Source: Terracidiphilus sp. (GTDB lineage: Bacteria > Acidobacteriota > Terriglobia > Terriglobales > Acidobacteriaceae). Taken from it: 64,000 nt of DNA. Each line of letters starts with the position of its first letter. Positions within the stretch are counted from its first letter, which is position 1. Shown one piece after another: positions 20,430-28,636 of the stretch. The translations under genes were made by a program, and so were the position numbers. Below the pieces are notes generated by a model. It saw only the letters and a list, made by a program, of their open reading frames with translations, did not search any database and had not been told where the DNA came from. The stretch covers positions 5,608 to 69,607 of the forward strand of contig DATAVC010000020.1 of assembly GCA_036267935.1 (NCBI GenBank), written 5' to 3'.

Positions 20430-20517
20430 GGGTTTATTGTACCTGCTTGCTGTTTGGACGAATCAGGCGTGATTTCGGCAGAATCCAGGAAACGGGTAAA
20501 CTAGGGGTGAGGTCGAT

Positions 20518-21768
20518 ATGCCGGAAATTCAGCGCAGAAAGACACCTACGGTCAAGATCGGGCATGTACGCGTGGGTTGGGAAGTTCCCGTTGTTGTTCA
20601 ATCGATGACCAATACCGATACCGCCGATGTGGCGGGGACCATTGAGCAGGTGGCGGCCCTGGCCCTGGCGGGGTCTGAAATCGTGCGGGTCACGGTGAAC
20701 AACGAGGAGGCTGCGGCTGCAGTCCCTGCCATTGCGGAGGGACTGGAAAAGCGCGGGTTGCGGGTGCCGATCGTCGGCGACTTCCACTACAACGGCCACT
20801 TGCTGCTGAAGAAGTATCCGGAGACGGCCAAGGCGCTGGCCAAGTACCGCATCAATCCCGGCAACGCCTCGATTGGGAAGAAGGACAACGACAATTTCAA
20901 GGTGATGATCGAGTGCGCGATTGAGAACCAGAAGCCGGTGCGCATCGGCGTGAACTGGGGATCGCTGGACCAGGCCCTGCTGACCCGCATGATGGATGCG
21001 AACAGCAAATCGCCTGAACCGCTGCCCGCCCGCGACGTGATGATGGAAGCGATGGTGGTGAGCGCGCTTGAATCGGCGAAGGCTGCCGAGCACTATGGCC
21101 TGGGGCACGACATGATCCTCTTGTCGGCGAAGGTTTCGGGTGTGCGCGACCTGATCGACGTGTATCTCAACCTTGCGGCCCGCTGCGACTATCCGCTGCA
21201 TCTGGGGCTGACCGAGGCCGGCATGGGCACCAAGGGCTTGATTGCCTCGACCGCGGGGCTGGCGCCGCTGCTGCTGGCCGGCATCGGGGATACGATCCGC
21301 GTGAGCCTGACCCCGAAACCGGGAGGCGACCGGACGGAAGAAGTGCAGGCGGCCCAACAGATTCTGCAGTCGCTTTCAATCCGCAGCTTTATGCCACAGG
21401 TGACGAGCTGCCCCGGATGTGGACGGACAACAAGCACGTATTTCCAGGAACTTGCAGAGCAAATTCAAAGTTATTTACGAACTTCGATGCCGGAGTGGCG
21501 AAAGAAATATCCGGGCGTGGAAGAGCTGAAGCTGGCCGTGATGGGCTGCGTGGTGAATGGACCGGGCGAGTCGAAGCACGCCAACCTGGGTATCAGTCTG
21601 CCGGGAACGTTCGAGGAGCCGAAGGCGCCGGTGTATGTCGATGGCAAGCTGTACACGACGCTGCGCGGCGATGGGATTGTTGCAGAGTTCAAGCAGATTC
21701 TCGACAACTACGTGCAAAGCCATTACGGAGAAAAGACTAAGAGCGGGGAGCTGGTGGGGGCGCGGTAA
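20518..21768 (+). CDS. ispG: 4-hydroxy-3-methylbut-2-en-1-yl diphosphate synthase (MEP pathway)
   Basis: '[27 protein letters not shown]', 'RINPGN', and C-terminal Fe-S cysteines 'TSCPGCGRT' and 'GCVVNGPGE'. Confidence 0.93.
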   Translation: MPEIQRRKTPTVKIGHVRVGWEVPVVVQSMTNTDTADVAGTIEQVAALALAGSEIVRVTVNNEEAAAAVPAIAEGLEKRGLRVPIVGDFHYNGHLLLKKYPETAKALAKYRINPGNASIGKKDNDNFKVMIECAIENQKPVRIGVNWGSLDQALLTRMMDANSKSPEPLPARDVMMEAMVVSALESAKAAEHYGLGHDMILLSAKVSGVRDLIDVYLNLAARCDYPLHLGLTEAGMGTKGLIASTAGLAPLLLAGIGDTIRVSLTPKPGGDRTEEVQAAQQILQSLSIRSFMPQVTSCPGCGRTTSTYFQELAEQIQSYLRTSMPEWRKKYPGVEELKLAVMGCVVNGPGESKHANLGISLPGTFEEPKAPVYVDGKLYTTLRGDGIVAEFKQILDNYVQSHYGEKTKSGELVGAR

Positions 21769-21815
21769 GAACGACAAGGGACCGAGGGAGCAAGGTCTTG
21801 AGGGACGAGGGACTC

Positions 21816-23030
21816 TCAGTACATGCGGAAGCGGACCATGTTCTTCTTCAGCTCAGCCAGGGGATAAAGGGTGCCGCGCCAGACGACTCCGCCGCGCGCC
21901 AAGGTCAGCAGCATCGATCGCAGCATGGCCCACGCAACAATGAGCGCGCACGGGGCGAATTCGGCCGCGAACCGCGGAGAGAGCCCGTTGAGCCTGCGGG
22001 TGGCAACGAATGATCCGAAGATGCCGACGTAGGTGAGAGCCGCCGCTGCAATTCCCCATGGACCGGCATTCACAGCGGCGAAAGGCACGAGCGCATGCAG
22101 CGTCAGGCTGAGGATGGCGACGAGCGCCATTCCCACGTTGTAGCGCATGCCGGCGAAGGCATTCTTCTCAAGAAGTTTCACGATGCCGAACATGCCGCGA
22201 ATCCACTGAAGCTTGACTAGGCCGAGGCCGAGCGCGATCAATGAGTGGCGCCCCAGTTCCCTTTTGACCAGCCATCCCAGGGCCACGTCTTCGACGACTT
22301 CCATGCGGAGGCGCTCGATACCACCGAGAGCAATCAACGCATCTTTGCGGACGAGATTGAACCCTCCGACGCCGAACGCGTCTTTGGCTTTGTCGTCCGC
22401 GATCTTCCATCCGCGCGTAACGAAATGAGCCAGCACCTGGCAGGTCGCCTGTACGGCCGCCGCGCCGAGCGTCTCCGAAAGCAGCGTGGGAACAAGCACA
22501 AAGTGATCGGCATGTTCACGCATCGCGGTTCTCACGGCCAGGTGCAGAGCTTCGGGCGCGAAGAGGACGTCTCCATCGGTGAAGAGCAGCCACGGCGCCC
22601 GGGCCTGTTGCACTCCGGCCGCGAGAGCATGCGGTTTGCCGAGCCAGCCGGGAGGCAAGTCGAGGATGTGAAGCGCTTGAAGCTGGTGCGGGCTGGCGTT
22701 CGCCTCGTGTACCAATGTGTCGATGATCTCGGATGTACCGTCGGTGGATCGATCGTCGACGGCGACGATCTGGAGATGGATTCCAGTCTGCGCGAGCAGC
22801 GAGCGGAGCGTGGCTTCGATGGTGTCGGCTTCATCCCGCGCGGGGACGATGACGGTCGCGTGCGGGGTTTCGTCCTGCGGAAGTTGAGGAAGAGAGCTGC
22901 GATCGATCCGGGTCAAGTCGACCATGCCGCGGATTCCGCGCAGCGCTGCGAAGGAACAGCGCAGCCAGACGAACGCGAGCAGCCAGGCCAGAACGAGAAG
23001 GATGTCGCGTGCGATTCCGGGATGGATCAT
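21816..23030 (-). CDS. GT2-family glycosyltransferase, HpnB-like (hopene-associated)
   Basis: ATG at 23030 overlaps the MFS stop (ATGA). 'VIVPARDEADTIEATLRSLL...VAVDDRSTDGT' and 'LPPGWLGKPHAL' match the HpnB-type GT2 pattern as I recall it. TM segments at both ends. The 575-aa ORF in the track is an upstream over-extension. Confidence 0.75.
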   Translation of the reverse strand: MIHPGIARDILLVLAWLLAFVWLRCSFAALRGIRGMVDLTRIDRSSLPQLPQDETPHATVIVPARDEADTIEATLRSLLAQTGIHLQIVAVDDRSTDGTSEIIDTLVHEANASPHQLQALHILDLPPGWLGKPHALAAGVQQARAPWLLFTDGDVLFAPEALHLAVRTAMREHADHFVLVPTLLSETLGAAAVQATCQVLAHFVTRGWKIADDKAKDAFGVGGFNLVRKDALIALGGIERLRMEVVEDVALGWLVKRELGRHSLIALGLGLVKLQWIRGMFGIVKLLEKNAFAGMRYNVGMALVAILSLTLHALVPFAAVNAGPWGIAAAALTYVGIFGSFVATRRLNGLSPRFAAEFAPCALIVAWAMLRSMLLTLARGGVVWRGTLYPLAELKKNMVRFRMY

Positions 23031-24331
23031 GCTTCGTCGATCAACGGCGCGACGCGCGCACCGGCGAGAAGGATGATGGCGGAGATGACGAGGAAGATCA
23101 GAGTTGAGCCGAGTCCGATGGAGAGATTGGTGCGGTCGCTGATGGCGCCAATGATCTGCGGGGAGAACGTGTCGCCGAAGCAATGGATGATGAAGAGATT
23201 CAATCCAACGGCTGTTGCGCGGACTTGCGCGGAGACGGAATTCACGATGGCCGTGTTCAGTGGTCCGGTGTTGAGAAAGAGGAAGAATTCCGCGACGAAG
23301 AGCGAAGGAACCGTCCAGACCTTCGGGCCAAAGAAGATGAGCGCACCGAAGGGCAAGGTAAGTGCGACGCTCCAGAACGAAAGCAGGTAGAGCGCGCGGT
23401 GGTTGGTTCGCAGCCAGCGCTGCGCGATCATGCCGCCGACCAGTGTTCCCGCGATGCCGTCGATGACGGTGCTGGCGCCCACGATCTGGCTGGCGCGGCC
23501 GACCGAGTAGCCTGCGGAGCGGCGCAGAAACTCTGGCACCCATGCCGAGATGCCGCCCATGGCAAAGGTGAGAGCGGCGAGGCCAAAGGTGGCGGTAAGA
23601 AACGCGGGATTGCGAAAGAGTCCCAAGAAGGTGGAACGGTCGGCGGTGGCCTTGAGGTGGTCGCTCGACCCGCGTGCGGGTTCACGGCCGATCCAGAGGT
23701 AGAGAGCTGCCACGACCAGGCCGGGGACAGCACAGATCATGAAGGGCGCGCGCCAGCCCCAAGCCGTTCCCATCTGCCCGCCGGCGAGGTAGCCGAGAGC
23801 GGCGCCTACGGGAATCGCGATGTAAAAGATCGACAGGATGCGGTTGCGTTCACGCTCCGGATAAAAGTCAGCGAGGACGGTGGGGGCATAGATGCCGAAG
23901 GTCGCTTCGCCTACGCCGACCAGCGCATGGCGAAGATAGAGCGTCGAGTAGTCGTGCACCCAGGCCGTTGCCAGCGTGGCGAGGCTCCACAACACAGCTC
24001 CGGCAACGATCAGAGGTTTGCGCGGAAAGCGATCGCCGAGCCAGCCCGTGAGCGGGGCAATCAGCATGTAGGTGATGAAGAGCGCGGTGGTGAGCGCGCC
24101 CATTTGCTGGTCGGTTGCGCGGAAGTCGCGCTGGATCAGCGAGACTTCGCCGGGAAGAATGTAGCGGTCGATGTAATTGAGAAGGTTAAGACCCAGAAGC
24201 AGGAGAAAGGTGCCGAGAGCGGGGTGGATGCGGGGGCGCAAAGTCTGGGAAGAGTCTGCCAATCCGTCTCGCCTGGTTTGAAGTCGTGAGCCGCAACGAT
24301 TATCCCACAGCGCGGGTGCGCGCTTCGTCAT
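23027..24331 (-). CDS. MFS transporter (Spinster-like)
   Basis: 'LLGLNLLNYIDRYILPGEVSLIQRDF...LTGWLGDRFPRKPL' is an MFS N-terminal signature, with about 12 hydrophobic segments. Start is ambiguous: ATG 24442, ATG 24331, or TTG 24262. Confidence 0.8.
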   Translation of the reverse strand: MTKRAPALWDNRCGSRLQTRRDGLADSSQTLRPRIHPALGTFLLLLGLNLLNYIDRYILPGEVSLIQRDFRATDQQMGALTTALFITYMLIAPLTGWLGDRFPRKPLIVAGAVLWSLATLATAWVHDYSTLYLRHALVGVGEATFGIYAPTVLADFYPERERNRILSIFYIAIPVGAALGYLAGGQMGTAWGWRAPFMICAVPGLVVAALYLWIGREPARGSSDHLKATADRSTFLGLFRNPAFLTATFGLAALTFAMGGISAWVPEFLRRSAGYSVGRASQIVGASTVIDGIAGTLVGGMIAQRWLRTNHRALYLLSFWSVALTLPFGALIFFGPKVWTVPSLFVAEFFLFLNTGPLNTAIVNSVSAQVRATAVGLNLFIIHCFGDTFSPQIIGAISDRTNLSIGLGSTLIFLVISAIILLAGARVAPLIDEA

Positions 24332-24611
24332 CCTCTGTCGTCGGCGACAGTTCTCCGCTGGCTTGCGCAAGACGCCTGCTGCAGGTGGCCCATTCGCCGC
24401 GGGTGCATTGTGTTTTTCGGCAGTCGAATTCGCACATTGCATCGCCTGAGGGAACGTCCGCGACGAGTCCGTCGGTGATCCAGCGGAGGAGACCGGCGAG
24501 GAGGGTCCTCTTCCGGCTGAGGTGCGGCGCCAGGTCGTCGTTCGTCTGCGCTAGGCTTCCGATTGGGTTTCCGTGGACCAACTTTGCTGCCAGCTGCGGG
24601 TGAAGTCGCAT
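24300..24611 (-). CDS. hypothetical Cys-containing small protein (103 aa)
   Basis: ATG at 24611 is preceded by GAGGA with 5-nt spacing. Contains 'CEFDCRKTQCTRGEWATC'. No family recognised. The 3' end would overlap the longer MFS start options. Confidence 0.35.
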   Translation of the reverse strand: MRLHPQLAAKLVHGNPIGSLAQTNDDLAPHLSRKRTLLAGLLRWITDGLVADVPSGDAMCEFDCRKTQCTRGEWATCSRRLAQASGELSPTTEDDEARTRAVG

Positions 24612-24752
24612 CGGTTTCCTCGTATTGAGATTCTCGGGCCTGGCAAGAGACGCGCAGGCACACGCGGGGCTGATTCCAATCCGATCCACTTTGGGTTTGC
24701 ACGAAGAATGGGGCGGAGCTGATTCAGCGTAGGCGAAGTTCAGCGCGAGTCG

Positions 24753-24768
24753 TGTGACACCTATCACT
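24753..24768. promoter_or_regulatory. CRP/FNR-type site TGTGA-N6-TCACT
   Basis: TGTGAcacctaTCACT matches 9 of 10 positions of the TGTGA-N6-TCACA consensus. A further TGTGA (24772-76) and TCACA (24793-97) lie nearby. Located in the queF / small-ORF intergenic region. Confidence 0.3.
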
Positions 24769-24871
24769 CTGTGTGATGAATGCCACGCGGGATCACACGC
24801 GCGGGGGGGACTGGAACTCCATCTTTGTGGCCGGCGGGAGTTTCGGCGGCTTATTTGTGCCGGGGAGGCCG

Positions 24872-25273
24872 TTACTGCTGTGGGCGGGGCCAGCGGGCTT
24901 CGACCGTCGTCCCGATACCGCCGCGCGGACGGAAGACGCCGTGAACGACGGCCCAGACTGGATCGCAGGCTTTGACAACATCTTCGAGAACCTGATTGAC
25001 GATGTTTTCCTGGAAGATGCCCAGGTTGCGATAGCAGAACAGGTATTCCTTCAGGGACTTGAGTTCGAGGCAGCGCTCGCGCGGCATGTAACGAAGGGTG
25101 AGGACACCGAAGTCGGGCAAGCCGGTCTTGGGGCACACCGAGGTCAGCTCGGGATCGTCGATGGAGATCTCGTAGCCGGGAAACTGGTTTTGCCAGGTCT
25201 CGATGGCGGGAAAGTTGAAGTCGAGGCCGGCCTTGGCGTGGTCGTCGGTGTAGCGGGGTGTCTGAACAGCCAT
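24872..25273 (-). CDS. queF: NADPH-dependent 7-cyano-7-deazaguanine (preQ0) reductase
   Basis: 133 aa from the ATG at 25273. Catalytic 'SVCPKTGLPDF' and QueF motif 'ELKSLKEYLFCYR'. Confidence 0.88.
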   Translation of the reverse strand: MAVQTPRYTDDHAKAGLDFNFPAIETWQNQFPGYEISIDDPELTSVCPKTGLPDFGVLTLRYMPRERCLELKSLKEYLFCYRNLGIFQENIVNQVLEDVVKACDPVWAVVHGVFRPRGGIGTTVEARWPRPQQ

Positions 25274-25343
25274 AAAGATATTGTAGCGACGGAACAAGGA
25301 TCGTTGCCCGGGTCTCAGGGCATGCGTGCAGGGGGGCGGCGGA

Positions 25344-26288
25344 TTAAAGATCAAGCTCCCAGGTCTGGCCGATGAGGTCTTTGCCAAAACTGTGATGCGG
25401 TTCTTCAAGAACCAGCCGGAAGCCTGCCTCCTGATAGATTTTGTGGGCTGCGTGCAGGATGCTCTGGGTCCAGAGGGTGACGGTCTTGTATCCGGCCACA
25501 CGCGCGAACTGGAGGCACTCCGCGACGAGCGCTTTACCCAGGCCCATGCCGCGGGCGGCGTGTTCGACATGAAGCAGGCGCAGTTTGGCGACGCCTTCGC
25601 GCTCCGGGTGACGCACAAGGAAGATACAGCCGAGAGGTTCGCCGAGGCGCTCGGCAATCCAGCAGCGCTCGCGGACCGGGTCAAAGCGATCGATGAAGTC
25701 GGCGACGATGCGCGAGGCAAGAGATTCGTAGTCGCCATTCCAGCCGTACTCGCCGACGTAAAGGAGGGTCTGCCGCTGCACAACCCAGCCCATGTCGCCG
25801 GGCCGATGGGGGCGAAGGACAAAGGCGGTCGCGTCTGCGTGGTCTTGCGCGAGGACACCTTTGACCTCATTCATGGAACGGATCAGAAGGCTTCGATGGC
25901 TGGGCGTGAGCTTGTCGAGAATCTCTTTCGCCTGTGCGGACGATCGGCGGTTGAGCTCCGCGAACACATTCTTGCCTTTGCGGGTCAGACGCAGGAGAGC
26001 AAAGCGCGCATCGGTGAGCGAGGGAGAGCGATCGAGGAGGCCTGCTTCTTCGAGCTTGCGGAGGATGCGGCTGAGGTAGCCGGGATCGAGGCTTAAGTCG
26101 TTGGCAATTTCGGTCGCGCCGCTTTCTGAGCGGGTCGCGAGTTCGAACAAGACGCGTGCTTCAGCGAGGGAGAAGCCGCTCTTGATCAGCTCTTCGTCGA
26201 GCAGCCCGAGGAAGCGCGTATAGAAGCGATTGAAGCCTCGAAAATCATGTACGGCGCGGTTGATTTCGGAGGCGGGAGCGGTGGTCAT
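25344..26288 (-). CDS. MarR-family transcriptional regulator fused to a GNAT acetyltransferase domain
   Basis: N-terminal wHTH 'LAEARVLFELATRSESGATEIANDLSLDPGYLSRILRKLEEAGLL'. C-terminal 'RGMGLGKALVAECLQFARVAGYKTVTLWT' is GNAT motif A. Confidence 0.85.
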   Translation of the reverse strand: MTTAPASEINRAVHDFRGFNRFYTRFLGLLDEELIKSGFSLAEARVLFELATRSESGATEIANDLSLDPGYLSRILRKLEEAGLLDRSPSLTDARFALLRLTRKGKNVFAELNRRSSAQAKEILDKLTPSHRSLLIRSMNEVKGVLAQDHADATAFVLRPHRPGDMGWVVQRQTLLYVGEYGWNGDYESLASRIVADFIDRFDPVRERCWIAERLGEPLGCIFLVRHPEREGVAKLRLLHVEHAARGMGLGKALVAECLQFARVAGYKTVTLWTQSILHAAHKIYQEAGFRLVLEEPHHSFGKDLIGQTWELDL

Positions 26289-26309
26289 AGGAGCCTCTGC
26301 GTAGCAACC

Positions 26310-26338
26310 ATACTACTTGACTTAGTCAACTATGACAA
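26310..26338 (-). promoter_or_regulatory. candidate sigma70-type promoter (TTGTCA-17-TAGTAT) with palindromic operator TTGAC-TTA-GTCAA in the spacer
   Basis: Minus strand reads TTGTCA tagTTGACTAAGTCAAg TAGTAT, then 21 nt including AGAGG, then the ATG of the MarR-GNAT gene. The perfect 5-3-5 inverted repeat is at 26317-26329. Confidence 0.45.
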
Positions 26339-26441
26339 ATTCGTCATGAAGGGGCTGTGTTGGTGAGATATACCTGCGCTGTAAAAAACTGCTCCCTCGG
26401 TGCTGGAGTTTGAGTCTTATATACTGGCTCAGGTTAAGTGG

Positions 26442-27680
26442 ATGACGAAAGAAACAAAGGGATTGGACCGAAAGTGGCTCTGGGTAGGGGTGGCGGTCCT
26501 GCTGGCGGCGGTTTTCTTTTCGGCGCGAGCATTTACGCGCGAGAAATTGCCAGTGAAAGTGGCACGAGCGGAGCATGCGCCGCTGAACAGCACACTCAGC
26601 ACCAACGGCCGCGTTGAGCCGCTGGCGAACTACCAATATCCCAGTCCGATTTCGACGACAGTGAAGGCCGTCTACGTGCAGCCTGGCGATCAAGTGCCGG
26701 CGGGCAAGTTGCTGGTTGTGCTGGACGATGCCGATGCGAGGGCACGCCTGGCGGCCGCCGAAAGCGGTGTGAAAGCGGCGCAGGCACAACTTGAAACGGT
26801 CATTCAGAATGGAACGTTGGAACAACGGCAGGCATCGACGGCTGAGCTCGAACGGGATCGCCTGACGTTGGCTGAGGCGCAGAGGAATCTCGATGCCCTG
26901 ACCAAGCTGCGGAGTACGGGCGCAGCCTCGGCAAGTGAAGTCGCGGCGGCGCAGCAGCAGGTGGATACGGCCCAGGCGAACATGCATGCCGTCGAGTTGA
27001 GTTCGCGCACGCGCTACTCCCCCGCGGAGATGGATCGTGCCCGTGCCGCTCTGGCGGATGCCGAAGCGAGTGCGGCCGCGGCTCGCGATGTGCTGGCGAA
27101 GACGTCTTTCAGAGCGCCGGTTGCCGGAACGGTGTACACGGTGGACGCGCACCCGACGGAATTTGCTGAAACGGGCAAGGTGCTGCTGCAGATGGCCGAC
27201 CTGCGCCAGGAGCGGGTACGGGCTTATTTCGACGAGCCGGACATCGGCCGGCTTTCGGTGGGGCAGCCGATCCAGATCAGGTGGGACGCGAAACCCGGGC
27301 AATCGTGGCATGGGCACGTGGTTCGTATCCCGATTACGGTGATCACCTACACCACGCGCAACGTGGGCGAAGTGTTGATCGACGTGGATGGCGCCGAGGA
27401 CAATCTGCTGCCGGAAACGAATGTCACCGTGACCGTTACCACGGCGAGTGAGGCGGATGCGTTGAGCATTCCGCGCGACGCGCTCTACTCCGAAAGCGGA
27501 AAGACCTATGTGTTCAAGGTGGTCAAGGATCAACTGGTCAAGACGCCGGTGACCACGGGAGTGCAAAACCTGACCCAGGTGTCGATCCTTGCCGGCCTGA
27601 AAGAGGGAGACATCGTCGCCACTGGAACCACCAGCGGGCTGCCCCTGCAGACCGATGTTCCGATCAAGCAGGTGCAGTGA
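26442..27680 (+). CDS. efflux periplasmic adaptor subunit (HlyD/MFP family)
   Basis: N-terminal TM 'WLWVGVAVLLAAVFF', a coiled-coil hairpin region, then 'FRAPVAGTVYTV...' beta-barrel motifs. ATG at 26442; the ORF is open from 26400. Confidence 0.85.
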   Translation: MTKETKGLDRKWLWVGVAVLLAAVFFSARAFTREKLPVKVARAEHAPLNSTLSTNGRVEPLANYQYPSPISTTVKAVYVQPGDQVPAGKLLVVLDDADARARLAAAESGVKAAQAQLETVIQNGTLEQRQASTAELERDRLTLAEAQRNLDALTKLRSTGAASASEVAAAQQQVDTAQANMHAVELSSRTRYSPAEMDRARAALADAEASAAAARDVLAKTSFRAPVAGTVYTVDAHPTEFAETGKVLLQMADLRQERVRAYFDEPDIGRLSVGQPIQIRWDAKPGQSWHGHVVRIPITVITYTTRNVGEVLIDVDGAEDNLLPETNVTVTVTTASEADALSIPRDALYSESGKTYVFKVVKDQLVKTPVTTGVQNLTQVSILAGLKEGDIVATGTTSGLPLQTDVPIKQVQ

Positions 27681-28636
27681 GAAGAGCTCTCGTTCTCCTG
27701 TTGTCGACGGCAAGCGTGTTTGCCGTTCATGCCGAGTCGTCGAGCGAACCGCTGGCGGCGGTGAATGCGGCGCTGCAGTCGGGCGCTGCGGACAAGGCGC
27801 TCTCGTTGCTGAATTCAGTTCCCTCTTCGGCTGAGTCGCACAATCTGCGCTGCCGTGTGCTGTACACGCTGGAACACTGGGATGCTGCGGCGAACGAGTG
27901 CGAGCAAGCGGTGCGCATGGATGGAGGAAACTCCGACGATCATTTGTGGCTTGGTCGAGCCTTGGGAGAGAAGGCGGCACGGGCGTCGTTCTTGAGTGCA
28001 TTTTCTGAGGCGAAGCGCACGCGGGAGGAATTCGAAGAGGCTGTGCGGCTGGGCCCGCAGAATGTGGACGCTCTCGCCGATATGGGCGAGTTCTATACGA
28101 GCGCGCCAAGCATCGTGGGGGGCGGCCAGGATAAAGCGAACGGCGTTGTCGCGCAGCTGGACAGGATCGATCCGGCGCGCGCGCATGAATTGCGGGGTCG
28201 CATCGCTGAGAGCAACAAGGATTATGACGATGCCGAGCGCGAGTTCAAGCGCGCCGTTGAACTGGGCAAGCATCCGGCGTTCCAATGGATGACGCTGGGG
28301 AGCTATTACCGGCGGCGAGAACGGGGCGCGGATGCGGAAGCGGCCGTACTGAATGGCGTGAAAGCCGCACAGCGCGATCGGATCGCGAGCGTGGCGCTGT
28401 TTAACGGAGCTTCAGTGCTGACGCGCGCAAACCGCAATCCAGTGCTGGCGGCGAAGATGCTTGAGGATTATCTCAGCGGCCCCGGTATGACCGAAGAAGC
28501 ACCAGCGTTTGTGGCGCACACGCGTTTGGCGCAAGTTCTTGCAGGAATGGGAGACAAGGACGGCGCGCGCAAGCAACGTGACGCAGCGATTGCCTTGGCG
28601 CATGACTACAAGCCCGCGCTTGATTTGAAGCTTTGA
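27677..28636 (+). CDS. secreted TPR-repeat protein
   Basis: GTG start overlaps the adaptor stop (GTGA). Signal peptide 'ALVLLLSTASVFAVHA'. Repeated helical TPR-like units ('WDAAANECEQAVRMD', 'YDDAEREFKRAVELG'). Confidence 0.7.
   Translation: MRRALVLLLSTASVFAVHAESSSEPLAAVNAALQSGAADKALSLLNSVPSSAESHNLRCRVLYTLEHWDAAANECEQAVRMDGGNSDDHLWLGRALGEKAARASFLSAFSEAKRTREEFEEAVRLGPQNVDALADMGEFYTSAPSIVGGGQDKANGVVAQLDRIDPARAHELRGRIAESNKDYDDAEREFKRAVELGKHPAFQWMTLGSYYRRRERGADAEAAVLNGVKAAQRDRIASVALFNGASVLTRANRNPVLAAKMLEDYLSGPGMTEEAPAFVAHTRLAQVLAGMGDKDGARKQRDAAIALAHDYKPALDLKL

Noticed and set aside
24286-24702. Alternative ORFs 24286-24603 (+) and 24328-24702 (-) in the queF-MFS gap.
   Set aside because: They have no ribosome-binding site and an Arg/Ser/Pro-rich composition. 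The only frame with a plausible SD and ordinary composition is 24300-24611 (-), and I kept that one at low confidence.
25274-25343. Possible preQ1 riboswitch or promoter in the 70-nt gap upstream of queF.
   Set aside because: The gap is too short and lacks the conserved preQ1-I/II core that I know. There is only a TACAAT-like hexamer 6 nt before the ATG with no convincing -35 element.
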